A stretch of DNA of 64,000 bases from Giardia intestinalis (lineage: Eukaryota), in the NCBI GenBank assembly GCA_000002435.2, contig CM018791.1; one strand, 5' to 3'. Both the position numbers and the translations under genes were made by a program. Below are positions 22,701 through 29,521 of this stretch, piece after piece; positions within the stretch are counted from its first letter, which is position 1; each line of letters begins with the position of its first letter. The notes below the pieces were generated by a model that worked only from the letters and a program-made list of their open reading frames with translations, made no database searches and was not told the DNA's origin.

Positions 22701-25700
22701 ACTCCAGACAACGTTAAACGAACAGTCTGTTATTCTGGAAGAGAAGACAAAGGCGTGCAATGAAATGGTCGCTGCTATTGAGAAGCAGTCTGTGGAGACA
22801 GCTAAGCTCCAGAAGGAAGCGGCTGAGACAGAAAAGGAACTGAAGATTCAAGAGCAGGAAATCACTGTCGAGAAGGGAGAGGCAGAGGAGCAGCTGGCAG
22901 CCGCAATACCTGCACTAGAGGCTGCTGAGGAAGCACTCAATAACTTGGATCCGTTAGCAATTGCAGAAATCAGGGCTTTCACCAACCCACCCAACGCAGT
23001 CCGTCAGATCTCGGAGTGTGTTGTTGTTTTCATGAAGCAGGACACAGACCCCAACTGGCAGAAAGCCAAGAGCCTTATGAGCGGTAATTTTATCTCTGAC
23101 CTCAAAACCTTCGACAAATCTCTTTTGCGTGACAAGACAGTGAAGTATGTAGAGACCAAGTACCTCAGCAAGAAGGACTTTGGGCGCGAGGTTATCGAAA
23201 AGGTGTCAAAGGCAGGCCTCTGCCTCTATGACTGGGTTACAGCCATGGTCAAGTACTACGCTGTAGCGAAAGATGTGGAACCTAAGAAGAAGCGGGTTGC
23301 TAAGCTTGAGGAGCAACTTGAACAGAGCTCCAAGGACCTAGCCCAGCTTCAAAGCAAGATCTTATCATTAGAGGAAGACTCCAAACGCCTACGCGATCAG
23401 TTGCAGGCTGCACAAAATGAGCAACAGGAGTTGGCAGATAGCGCTGCCCTTATGGCCAAGCGACTCGATGCTGCTAAGCGGCTCATTGCTGGGCTGGGCA
23501 CTGAGAAGGTACGATGGGGCCAAGCTGCAGACAAACTCCGGGAAAACCGGAGAAAACTCGTGGGCGACTGCCTTGTTGCAGCAGCCAATTTGTCCTACTC
23601 TGGTAGCTTCACCTACGAATATCGATTGAAACTTGTCTATGAACACTGGTGTTTAGAAGTTGTTGATAAGCACATTCCATCGTCCATCGAAGTAACAGAG
23701 ACATATGAGATCGATCAGGAGACTCAGCAGCAGACTAAGAAACGTTTGGTCAACCGGTCCTACAAGCCAGAGCTCTTACTGACTACAGATGTGGAGATCC
23801 TGAAGTGGAATAGTGACGGTCTTCCAAGCGATGACCTATCTGTACAAAATGGTGTGCTAATAACGCGAACACCAAAGTGGCCGTACGTTGTCGACCCACA
23901 GCTTCAGGTTAACAGGTGGATAAAGGAAAAGGAGAAGGGGTCGAAGCTCATTGTTCGGTCTGTTAATGACGACGACGTTGTAAAGCAACTGGAGCTAGCA
24001 ATTACCTATGGGTCTCCTTTCCTTCTGGAGAACTGTGCAGAGCAGCTGGATCCGATTCTAACCCCAATTCTTGAGAAGGACATACGCGACTCTTCTGGTC
24101 GGAAGTACATCATTCTGGGCGACAAGGAGGTTGACTATGACATGAACTTCAGGCTATTCATGACGACAAAGCTTCCCAACCCGTCTCTCTCTCCCGACAT
24201 GTTCGGTCTAGTCACGGTGGTGAATCACCTTGTCACCGAGTCCGGTCTCGAGAGTCAGCTTCTGAACGCAGTTGTTCGCCGAGAGAGGCCAGACCTGGAA
24301 TCAAAGCGAATGAACCTTGTTAAGAACATGTCACAGGCCAACTCCTTGCTGAAGTCTCTTGAGGAAACGCTTCTCAGAGAGCTTTCTTCGGCAACAGGCG
24401 TTATAGTTGACAACACAAGCCTCATCCAAACCTTGGAGGAGACAAAGAGCAAAGCAACAGAGCTTCAGGCTAACTTGGAGGTTATGACTGTCACTGCAGA
24501 GGAGATCAACGTAGCACGCAACCAGTACTCTGCGGCTGCCTTGCGCGGAACATGCTGCTTCTTCGTTATGTATGGTTTGGGTACGATCAGCGCCATGTAC
24601 CAGTACTCTCTTCAGGCATTCAACGATATTTTCTCAAAATCCTTGGCAGAAGCCCAGACAGACCCGGTAGTGGAGGTGCGGTTAAACTACATTATTGACA
24701 AGCTCACTGAAAATGTCTATTCCTATGTCACTACCTCTCTTTTTGAACGGCACAAGCTCATGTTCAGCTTCCAATTGTGTACGAGCATCATTACCACTGA
24801 GTATCCTCCAGATACTATTCCAAGTGCGGAGCTCTCGTTCTTCATTAAGGGGGACATAAGTTTGGATCAGTGTACCGTTGTGTGCAATCACCAATGGATA
24901 AGTGCAAGTGGCTGGAAAGACCTGGTGAAGCTTCAGAGTATCTTCAGCTCCCTGCAGATCGACCAAAGCCGTGAGGAGACATTCATAGGAACAGTGAAGG
25001 CAAGGAGAAACGACATCTTAGATAATGAACTAAGCAAGAAGTACCCTACCAAGACCTGTGATATCTTCAAGGATCTGCTAGAGAACATCAACAAAACCAA
25101 TGCGAATGAGTGGAAGGCATACTGGGAGGACGACAGACCGGAGCTTCTGCCGCTCCCAGGAGTTTATAGTGACAACCCTTTCATAACAGATCTGCAGAAG
25201 CTATGTATTCTTCGCTGCCTGAGACCAGATCGTGTGTATATTGCGGTGCAGCTCTTTGTTGCCAGCGTCCTCGGTGAGAAGTTCGTGAGCCCACCAATCA
25301 CTATCTATGAGAACATCTATGCACAATCCAGTAGGTCAACACCCATGTTATTTATCTTGTCGCCTGGATCAGATCCCATCATCGAGATAACTAAGCTGGC
25401 ACAAAAGCAAGACTTTTACGGATCCCGCTTTAAGTTTGTGGCGCTCGGACAGGGCCAGAGCCCTGTGGCAGAGGCATATCTTAAGCAAGCCATCTCCCGG
25501 GGCCACTGGGTACTTTTGATGAATTGTCACCTGCTTCCCAAATGGCTCAAAACCCTTGAGAAGATTCTGGAAGGACCCATGAATGCAGAGCAGGTCATTC
25601 AGATGCAGAATCAGATATTTGAGGCAGCGAAGCTGGAGTCCGAGAACACTGGACAACCGATTCCTCAGGAGCTAATAGACAATCAAGTTGTCAATCAAAT

Positions 25701-27450
25701 TAACAAGCAGGTTAACCCCGATTTTCGCATCTTCCTCACCACGGAGCCTACAACCGACTTTCCTCTGTCGATTGTGAGCAACAGCATCAAGGTGACAACG
25801 GAGCCTCCGTCGTCTCTCAAACTAAATATGGTCCAAACGTTTTCCAAGATAACAGATGACCAGATAATGGAGTGCCCGTCGCCGTACTTTAAGCCTCTGG
25901 TGTACACCCTTGCTTTCTTCCACGCAACCATCCAGGAACGACAGAAGTTTGGAAAGTTGGGATGGAATGTCAATTATGATTTCAACGCCAGCGACTTCAC
26001 CATATCGTTTGAGATTCTTAAGACGTTTCTAACAAAGACATACCTTGCCGGCAAGGACATCCCGTGGGGAAGCCTTAAGTATTTAATCGGGCTCTGCATG
26101 TACGGTGGGCGTGTTTCAGACAACTATGATAGGAGGGTTCTGTCTGTATACATGGACGAGTATCTAGGAGACTTCCTATTTGATACCCACAATCCCTTTA
26201 GCTTCTACTACAAAAAGGCAGTTGCGCAGGGTGACACGGACTTTGATTACGCGCCTCCCCCAATAGTATTGATTGAAAACAGTGGTAACCAGGTAGTCGT
26301 CCTTACGGAAATGATAACTAAGCTGGTCAAGTACAGCATCCGCAAATATGGTGCCGCTGGCCTTCCAGGGTGGACCCCGCAGATGTCTGCTACTAACGAA
26401 GTACACGTCACAGAATACATAAATAATGTTCTCAAGGAAACGACATCTCTTAAGGACTGCTACGAGACGTTCTATATTAATCGCATCCCGCTTTTAACGT
26501 CACCACAGGTTTTCGGACTACACAGCAACGCAGAAATCTCGTATCTAGAGACATCTGCACGAGAGATGTGCGTCTGCCTGGCTGAGCTGCAACCACGGAG
26601 CGCCTCGGGAGAGTCTGGCTCCAGAGAAGACTATTTAAAGAGCCTTTGCGAGTCCCTCGAAAACCGCATCCCTGGTCCATTTGATATGAGCCAAGCACGA
26701 AAGAAGTTCAAGGTCCTCACGCCCACGGACATCGTACTCCTCCAGGAGATGGAGCGCTTCAATATGCTTGTTGTGACCATTGCTAACAGCATCAGCGAAC
26801 TTCTAAAAGCGTTGGCAGGTGAAATAGGTATGAGTGAGCAGCTGGATAACATAGCGAACTCATTCTTTATCGGTCAGATACCTCAAGGATGGTTAAGGTT
26901 TGCACCCCAAACGCTAAAGATGCTTAGCAACTGGATCCAGCATCTGATGCGACGCGCAGACCAGTACAAGCTGTGGTACACCCAAGGAGAACCTGCAGTC
27001 ATGTGGTTGAGTGGTCTGCACATTCCCGAGTCATATTTAACTGCACTGGTGCAGATCACAAGTCGTATCAAGAAATGGCCTCTTGATAAAAGCTCGCTCT
27101 TCACCACTGTAACTAAGCTTACTAGTCTGGATGAGCCTCCGGAGAAGCTGGAGTTTGGGTGCTATGTTAGTGGATTGTTCTTGGAGGGCGCCACATGGGA
27201 TACAGCGAGAGATTGTCTAGCGTTCAGCAACAAAAAGGAGCTGATAACTCAGCTTCCGTTTGTGCAAATAGTTCCAGCTGAGGCCTCGCGGATCAAACTG
27301 CGTGGTCAGTTTAAGGCCCCTGTTTATGTCACCACTGCCAGAACGAATGCAGCAGGCAAAGGCCTTGTGTTCAGTGCCGATCTTTCATCAACCGAGCACG
27401 AGTCTCTCTGGGTTCTTCAAGGAACAGCTGTTATATTGAACGATAATTAG
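10798..27450 (+). CDS. Dynein heavy chain, 5550 aa; subtype not assigned
   Basis: AAA1 P-loop GPAGTGKTESVKDLAKQLG followed by CCDEFNRI. AAA2 has GPSQGGKS, AAA3 GESGNAKTT and AAA4 GYGGSGRRSL. A coiled-coil stalk and the C-terminal domain follow. One uninterrupted 16.6-kb ORF. Confidence 0.92.
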   Translation: MPAPDLRAQWIIEVVSMYLQYSQVDIECLIVDGGQYSPLLHSFFDCTLNHPALYFYTHTETGQLIIASDPPQATAKYLLYMVHRPLGDDQGFSPIQEPEGPDGPYADLTDEVRCEISQRLDISLISGNVLSSLATSLQNQYSPLVSAGDPEIMFQSRKLAVAASAADAQLCSKYVIEVPNLDISDPRVAAQDAAIVSTVQRLFEEWVQVLQAAMEEYDRLNPAGDLPMAELESWRKKSALLSNLYEDLCSPQFKKLFAVLEYSHATVFSGFSLLRQDVARACLEAKDNARFLSTLERHFKMISRSPLPALSETITSLYAALRMVWTISRYYNTEDRLLPLMHRIAKHITARVRSSINIKELFSSSSRNAAILSGLAGQNFYGQGAIEALATNASEALGSSTFMDAGRRSLTKVSSSQIIPTTSTSDNYTPIDILHAAGQVLTKWKAQYNETKQKIEESTTDTKRWELDKRVLFGETDFHLARVETLIGCVQSVMEFSQIISPDVQRVIGDQSGLREVRKAISELPSELIAFDQKIWSPSHTTEFEALLSNFKAKVSQTEVKAFSYIDRSFKRLRDVSSGLELVSRLSLKTASDTSEARGTAATTILSNHMSGKIEETLRQYCEELQRSIKEFELKKDQPPIGIDLPPLAASVVWARSLFVAVKEPYRIMRQLGDDVLKASQAAAEATALFNELASNLRTFEQKRFQAWRVDADAIILKSLRSPLLGEKRILSVSDLRKASLDPDGTFLPKLVIPNLMATCAMQGTGQLTTAVPANSKDKVRRSTIRQSIPDSLPQHAAYADMTGATYLSPTVTSLILKEYGLEMCVNFPPELNALIDEVSALDRLGFRVGETALNVCLQKAKYETHAEGLKMLISSLNSALQDFLPLVAGSTPAMVSDIKRKANSMELIRKSVSKAAVVIRPGFGPLNWNSLSVDDYLERALSACSELSQSCQQILKTIMLMEQCIKGITNTRLIPTQAALLLAGASTNAPAPITESGAGGASTQLVPPGSNSSAAGEHKPTIAEIMARATQLKKKQQLEGKRPDSPTTLFLAALKSLEARGKMGTEEEYESIPTMSLPEFSSRLEEFRAKSLMGSLEKYYSLGPLLVKIEELSFGTSTGKCPGLRTYYEYWTNRVYNALVVMIGTALKDFSILLRGVNTQSERDSAKRNSKYLRDRYTPLFQLNLSLSSPEIIVTPSLSSILNTLNNQVEQLVKVACPFVIWIPGSIAMHEPEPATSATGAEILSTDENATSIRRNELYGFKRKTTKQGDGQDVVDASSTEEVVVRSYSPRVSQHSTITMLATQLKSKIQSSILDIQEYIRAWSHYEQIWKSNRLPIVGRFAALSPNASTFDYVLSFFTATMDVLKDAHKEKMAIYTDIQADTVEAEALTSANDMSRPSRPSTTNRPGSAASASGKSTTKDTADGDPHDSESHTSILPTKRHMYLSSNYIYTMFNLTAANDNLIDAIPINNSISIHPPIKVLFNIAVLHANSLVKSIIHECQLWREAICRAIIEKARPMLLDSYNEIDEEFRNCVAQARDLESLKIVLSTLRRVANRTMSMELTWLELESLFALLQAYNAEVRIKFDKSLLSGSPNRGSRVGSPTRGSNTSPQLTAEQLEQRKRDAALYSALQPFVLEFENDDLGPILDQTDLGWSGSSLRELINLSDTDPRLCNAEIGVALTSGAGGAGTSLTSSLENLTIFTSTEEGAAAMATAAKSKKAMKTTNVRVFEQEIQAAYAIRSRWASLLSIVKEVDRLLVEIKRKQAEETTKLARVFEKEMHAFVKEFNEEGPYHYLSVYFEEVAQLEQEGKKHTKTLTDILEDVFELYKASKEKFGAIVVKRDTTILAQRLFNLDPINSMSLTPIEKELDAEGAILAIYDQVRQTFKEWDRLYFSSLDPSMLETGCDGMRTTLRRLPAEYRSHTMYETLDTILRNYKDSIPLLQDLRNDALRARHWLQVEQLTGQTLFSNAEQAQNLTLGQLTSLDLSRYTQQINEIVVGARKELSIEKGLADIAEVWTKTRMPVKRYENAKGQDRGFILKALDDILLIIEDNSLNLQSMSASKYVAHFSNDVRLWEKRLSIISDVLEAWIICQRQWLYLEGIFSGSEDLKVQLPEEANRFERIDNSYLKLMSEIGKTNTSVLDAAQANGRLALLKSLIAQMETCQKALTDYLNSKRSLFTRFYFISDDELLFLLGNSSDPAQVQTHLRKMFEGVQTFQFQRGGTNTVIAVNSPEGEYLPLNQAVRIDSATMPIETWMTAIDNEIKNSMKLHIKTGIFDFGNNYNCQTRVEWVKKHYGQVSLVASMIWWVFDAESAFKDLEAGENMGAMKATASRYSQQIENLVLEIRKNLSKHDRLKINTLIIEDMHNRDLLDRFVRDSIISASSFDWESQLRFYWDRIQDTILVKQSSNSPIIYSYEYLGLTTRLVLTPLTDRCIITINTALSNFLGGAPAGPAGTGKTESVKDLAKQLGIFCLILNCSEGMDYKSFGSILSGISESGVWLCCDEFNRIDAPVLSVISGQIKIIQVGLMAMAKAMNSGETSGPNVGRIHLEGREIDLKPTSSIFITMNPGYAGRTELPDNLKALFRPIIMTKPDNAIIAEVMFLAEGFLQSRVLSKKMTVLYQLASEQLSKQYHYDFGLRALKSVLVNAGKLKRSDPDANEELLLMRALRDMNLPKFVFEDVPLFMGLINDLCPNIKLEAGETSGSESGKSSLTQIYTPEQEQALLERGPATIREAAYLSLKESGYELLPNQLLKVEQTYETMQARHSVMIVGPSQGGKSVILNTFAAANTKLGCKTVFTTINPKAIPVSEVYGVLNPDTREWIDGLLSKIFRNINDPSFYLTNPMIANAVATNPSSILVPILFDGDVDAIWIESMNSVMDDSKLLTLPNSERIRLQDWCKLLFEVSDLQYASPATVSRCGMVWVDTKNLGYEPRFKRWIRERFDNSLSRRSLDDTGSQPNRAKDSVPDVDTSSQEEAKQLIMSLYEKYIPPLIDYVLNGVKLNSSTGQIEVVSPLRLIYATSDISMVSQFCNIFDDIVKKAEQCKHDEILYSKSAAEEEDPLVNKPGDKGDSSQPFRFADLNDPMTLEALFIFTLVWSIGGLIHDQDRTNFDLYLRELSGLPLKSGISVAETVSSSHLPGGMITASGGSTLGAQQTSTLYDFYFDLKRNYWCPWSQFVKPYTPPSDGRFSSIIVATLDTVRNSWLLDTMMRNDRNVLFIGESGNAKTTIAKSFLNSLSPDHYITLGLNFSSRTMSIDIQVALEDNLDRRSKDTLGPPGGRKMILFTDELSMPVVDTYGTMQSIAALKLLVEKKGLFDRNPKSLMWRKILDVYILGCLKPVGGSSNKLDPRFVSNFSVLNISTPIEDSLNHIYNSILVTHMKDCNYQFDSSGDPENNLRHITTISKKITAATLSVYNTILHTLSPTPSRFHYLFNLRDLSRVYEGLCMALPEKFPTFASLVKLWKNEFMRVFADRLICPEDHAVVSQQLTTKIAEFFGDVEGIESVAKEPLIYGDFRELPLLLDNYEAVKMGVDPENKCFRMYEELIEGNPIQRDADPAVPDEADQGATVVDNIEEREEGDGEEDLNEDGTVNLNSMATSVVDTAPKKEASAEDDPYRLVRQLGQMGLEAYNRFMRPPLVGIVLFDDALSHLVKLHRMLRTPRGSMLLVGYGGSGRRSLTKLAAFMCGYGIFEITLSRSYGENEFKEDLKEIYRRLAPPKNKDQQIVFLFTDQHVAEESFLEYINSILTTGSVPALFSDDERDAFINQVRADALSNGCPDTRDSLWSYFVNSCRDRLHVVLSMNPVGNTLRVRCRNFPGLVSSCVIDWFSAWNDDALRSVARYALELSDHQKLEIVENSVFVSGNDPQGEDILNNKERLADLKKKLLNNIIETCIMFHNHTVNLSETYWARIRRRNFVTPRNFVDFLTSYLSLLQKLRQDCDGDINRFSQGLQKLSQAESEVTELQTTLNEQSVILEEKTKACNEMVAAIEKQSVETAKLQKEAAETEKELKIQEQEITVEKGEAEEQLAAAIPALEAAEEALNNLDPLAIAEIRAFTNPPNAVRQISECVVVFMKQDTDPNWQKAKSLMSGNFISDLKTFDKSLLRDKTVKYVETKYLSKKDFGREVIEKVSKAGLCLYDWVTAMVKYYAVAKDVEPKKKRVAKLEEQLEQSSKDLAQLQSKILSLEEDSKRLRDQLQAAQNEQQELADSAALMAKRLDAAKRLIAGLGTEKVRWGQAADKLRENRRKLVGDCLVAAANLSYSGSFTYEYRLKLVYEHWCLEVVDKHIPSSIEVTETYEIDQETQQQTKKRLVNRSYKPELLLTTDVEILKWNSDGLPSDDLSVQNGVLITRTPKWPYVVDPQLQVNRWIKEKEKGSKLIVRSVNDDDVVKQLELAITYGSPFLLENCAEQLDPILTPILEKDIRDSSGRKYIILGDKEVDYDMNFRLFMTTKLPNPSLSPDMFGLVTVVNHLVTESGLESQLLNAVVRRERPDLESKRMNLVKNMSQANSLLKSLEETLLRELSSATGVIVDNTSLIQTLEETKSKATELQANLEVMTVTAEEINVARNQYSAAALRGTCCFFVMYGLGTISAMYQYSLQAFNDIFSKSLAEAQTDPVVEVRLNYIIDKLTENVYSYVTTSLFERHKLMFSFQLCTSIITTEYPPDTIPSAELSFFIKGDISLDQCTVVCNHQWISASGWKDLVKLQSIFSSLQIDQSREETFIGTVKARRNDILDNELSKKYPTKTCDIFKDLLENINKTNANEWKAYWEDDRPELLPLPGVYSDNPFITDLQKLCILRCLRPDRVYIAVQLFVASVLGEKFVSPPITIYENIYAQSSRSTPMLFILSPGSDPIIEITKLAQKQDFYGSRFKFVALGQGQSPVAEAYLKQAISRGHWVLLMNCHLLPKWLKTLEKILEGPMNAEQVIQMQNQIFEAAKLESENTGQPIPQELIDNQVVNQINKQVNPDFRIFLTTEPTTDFPLSIVSNSIKVTTEPPSSLKLNMVQTFSKITDDQIMECPSPYFKPLVYTLAFFHATIQERQKFGKLGWNVNYDFNASDFTISFEILKTFLTKTYLAGKDIPWGSLKYLIGLCMYGGRVSDNYDRRVLSVYMDEYLGDFLFDTHNPFSFYYKKAVAQGDTDFDYAPPPIVLIENSGNQVVVLTEMITKLVKYSIRKYGAAGLPGWTPQMSATNEVHVTEYINNVLKETTSLKDCYETFYINRIPLLTSPQVFGLHSNAEISYLETSAREMCVCLAELQPRSASGESGSREDYLKSLCESLENRIPGPFDMSQARKKFKVLTPTDIVLLQEMERFNMLVVTIANSISELLKALAGEIGMSEQLDNIANSFFIGQIPQGWLRFAPQTLKMLSNWIQHLMRRADQYKLWYTQGEPAVMWLSGLHIPESYLTALVQITSRIKKWPLDKSSLFTTVTKLTSLDEPPEKLEFGCYVSGLFLEGATWDTARDCLAFSNKKELITQLPFVQIVPAEASRIKLRGQFKAPVYVTTARTNAAGKGLVFSADLSSTEHESLWVLQGTAVILNDN

Positions 27451-29438
27451 TTTATCAACCATCCGTTCGACTCTAAAGTAAATGCTTTATCTACACTTAA
27501 AAGAACATCGTTACGCAGCATTGAGAGGGCATCTTCTGCAGTGCGCGACTCGCTGAGTAGTTTTTTCAGAGTTGTCTGCTGGGTAGATGATGTGTGCAAT
27601 CCTAGAGACTGCACCAAAGTCTCTATAGGCTCAAGAGATGCACTGTTGAGGGCAAGGATAACTAGGCACAAAGTAGCATATCCATCGCGAATGATCGCCT
27701 GCCTTCCCATGTGCGTGTCGGTGTACGTGGCTGCAATCTGCTGAAAGACATTTCGAAGATTGTCAAGGCTAATATACGTTGCTGTCGAAGTCAGAAAGAT
27801 GTCAATGGAAGAATAAAGCATCTCGCTTACAGTTAGTAAGACGATTAGCAAGACATTATAGCTGTGATATTGGTGTAGCGCTCGACCAAACAAGGTGAGG
27901 ATGCCGGGGGCCTTTGCTGGATCACAGCCGTATTCTCTATAACAGAAACCTGCTGTCTCTCTCATCCAACTGAGGGACAAGAAACCCATCTTATTGATTA
28001 CAAAGAATATCATCATTGTAGTTGTCTCTGGGTTAGAGGTCAGCCGTGTTCGCAGAAGGTCTACAGCCTCCATCAGAAACTTTGTCTTTGTCTCATAGTC
28101 GAATGAAAATCTATCTATGCACTGAGTTACCGCTAGAACCACTACCTGAGGATTTAACATGTTAGTCTCCATCAATGCCAGCGCCAGACGGCAGCCTGCA
28201 TGTGCAACTGTGTTATCGCTGCCGTTTGCAAGGTTGGAAATAATGGGCGTGATAGTAGGTCTCAACTTAGGAAGATAAACAGAGAGGTCTGGAGAACTTT
28301 GCAGGACGTCGGCTAGCCTGTTAAAGCCTATCATGAGAGAACGCTTCCCTCCTGGCGATGCAACGAGATGAAAAATCCTTGGGAAGACATCCTCCAGGAG
28401 CTCAGGCGTGTGAAGACATCTGTTAAGAATGACCGTCATGCTGCATTCTATTAGCATACCTGCCCGGATATTGCTGTAATGCTCATCCGGCGAGTTATCA
28501 GGCCCCTCTGTAACTTGCATTCTGGGAGCACGCAGGTATCTCCAGATTACCTTCTGAAAAGTGGCAATTGCCTCGGATGGGAGACGAGAAATCTGGGAGC
28601 CTAGAAGCTTTATCACTGCAAGCTGAAGGAATGGATTAAGCACTCCATGATAGAAATCGAACGACCGTGGCCAGGAACCTTCTGTAATGTTGTCCCATAC
28701 ATTTAGAAGCTTCATCAGGTATGTGTCAGTAACAAGCTGGGAGTAGTAATCAGTGGACAATAAGCGTGTTGCGAAGAAAACGGAGCCCTGTATAAGTTTC
28801 CATGAAAGACTCCCGGACTCAATAAGATCCATATCGTCCTCAATAGCGTGTATGGCCTTAGCAAACGAGACCCTCAAAAATTGACTTTTGTAGTCAGTGA
28901 GGGATCCTAAGAATACATAGCAGGGGACAATTGTCTGAGGGCCGCCTTTTCTAAGTAAAGACAGTGCTTCGGGAACAACAGCTTCAATCAAGGATTCTGT
29001 TCGTGGCATACTCCTAGCGAGATATCCGAGCATTATTCGTGCTCCGTCACTAGAGCCAGACGTGCTCAGTTCCCTGCAGACTGAGTTAAGGAGAAAGTGT
29101 TCCCATATAACTAGCGGCGGGTCTGCATACTCGAGTGCTAAAATCCCCACCACCTTGTCCTGGATGGCGGGCCGTGCTAACAGTGAAGCAGCCATGGGTA
29201 TAACTTCCTGAATACGCGAGGGGTTATTTATCAAACCCCCGTCGATATTGTCTGAAATCGTGTCTGCCAAGATAAGTTTGAGCAAAGCAGCACGCATTCT
29301 ACGGCAAGCCTTCTCACTTGCTAGGTATCCAGCGCGCACAATGCGCATTGATGGTGCAACCTCTCTTTCCACAGCCAGGCATCGGTCATCCTTTGACTCT
29401 AGATTTCGCACCTGCGAGGTAAAGCGTTCATATAACAT
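27447..29438 (-). CDS. Hypothetical protein, possibly built from ARM/HEAT-like helical repeats
   Basis: The ORF-track start at 29543 is GTG. The first in-frame ATG is at 29438, in the context cagaaaataaaATG. No diagnostic motifs. Its stop codon overlaps the dynein stop codon (ttag). Confidence 0.45.
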   Translation of the reverse strand: MLYERFTSQVRNLESKDDRCLAVEREVAPSMRIVRAGYLASEKACRRMRAALLKLILADTISDNIDGGLINNPSRIQEVIPMAASLLARPAIQDKVVGILALEYADPPLVIWEHFLLNSVCRELSTSGSSDGARIMLGYLARSMPRTESLIEAVVPEALSLLRKGGPQTIVPCYVFLGSLTDYKSQFLRVSFAKAIHAIEDDMDLIESGSLSWKLIQGSVFFATRLLSTDYYSQLVTDTYLMKLLNVWDNITEGSWPRSFDFYHGVLNPFLQLAVIKLLGSQISRLPSEAIATFQKVIWRYLRAPRMQVTEGPDNSPDEHYSNIRAGMLIECSMTVILNRCLHTPELLEDVFPRIFHLVASPGGKRSLMIGFNRLADVLQSSPDLSVYLPKLRPTITPIISNLANGSDNTVAHAGCRLALALMETNMLNPQVVVLAVTQCIDRFSFDYETKTKFLMEAVDLLRTRLTSNPETTTMMIFFVINKMGFLSLSWMRETAGFCYREYGCDPAKAPGILTLFGRALHQYHSYNVLLIVLLTVSEMLYSSIDIFLTSTATYISLDNLRNVFQQIAATYTDTHMGRQAIIRDGYATLCLVILALNSASLEPIETLVQSLGLHTSSTQQTTLKKLLSESRTAEDALSMLRNDVLLSVDKAFTLESNGWLIN
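27477..27483 (+). terminator. Poly(A) signal AGTAAAT about 27 nt past the dynein stop
   Basis: Matches AGTRAAY. It lies inside the 3' coding region of the convergent minus-strand gene. Confidence 0.4.
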
Positions 29439-29521
29439 TTTATTTTCTGATAGACCATTCCCTGCAGGGACGGCGGTCCGTAAGGAGGCAGGGAAAGTTT
29501 TAGACTTCCTAAAAAACAAAA

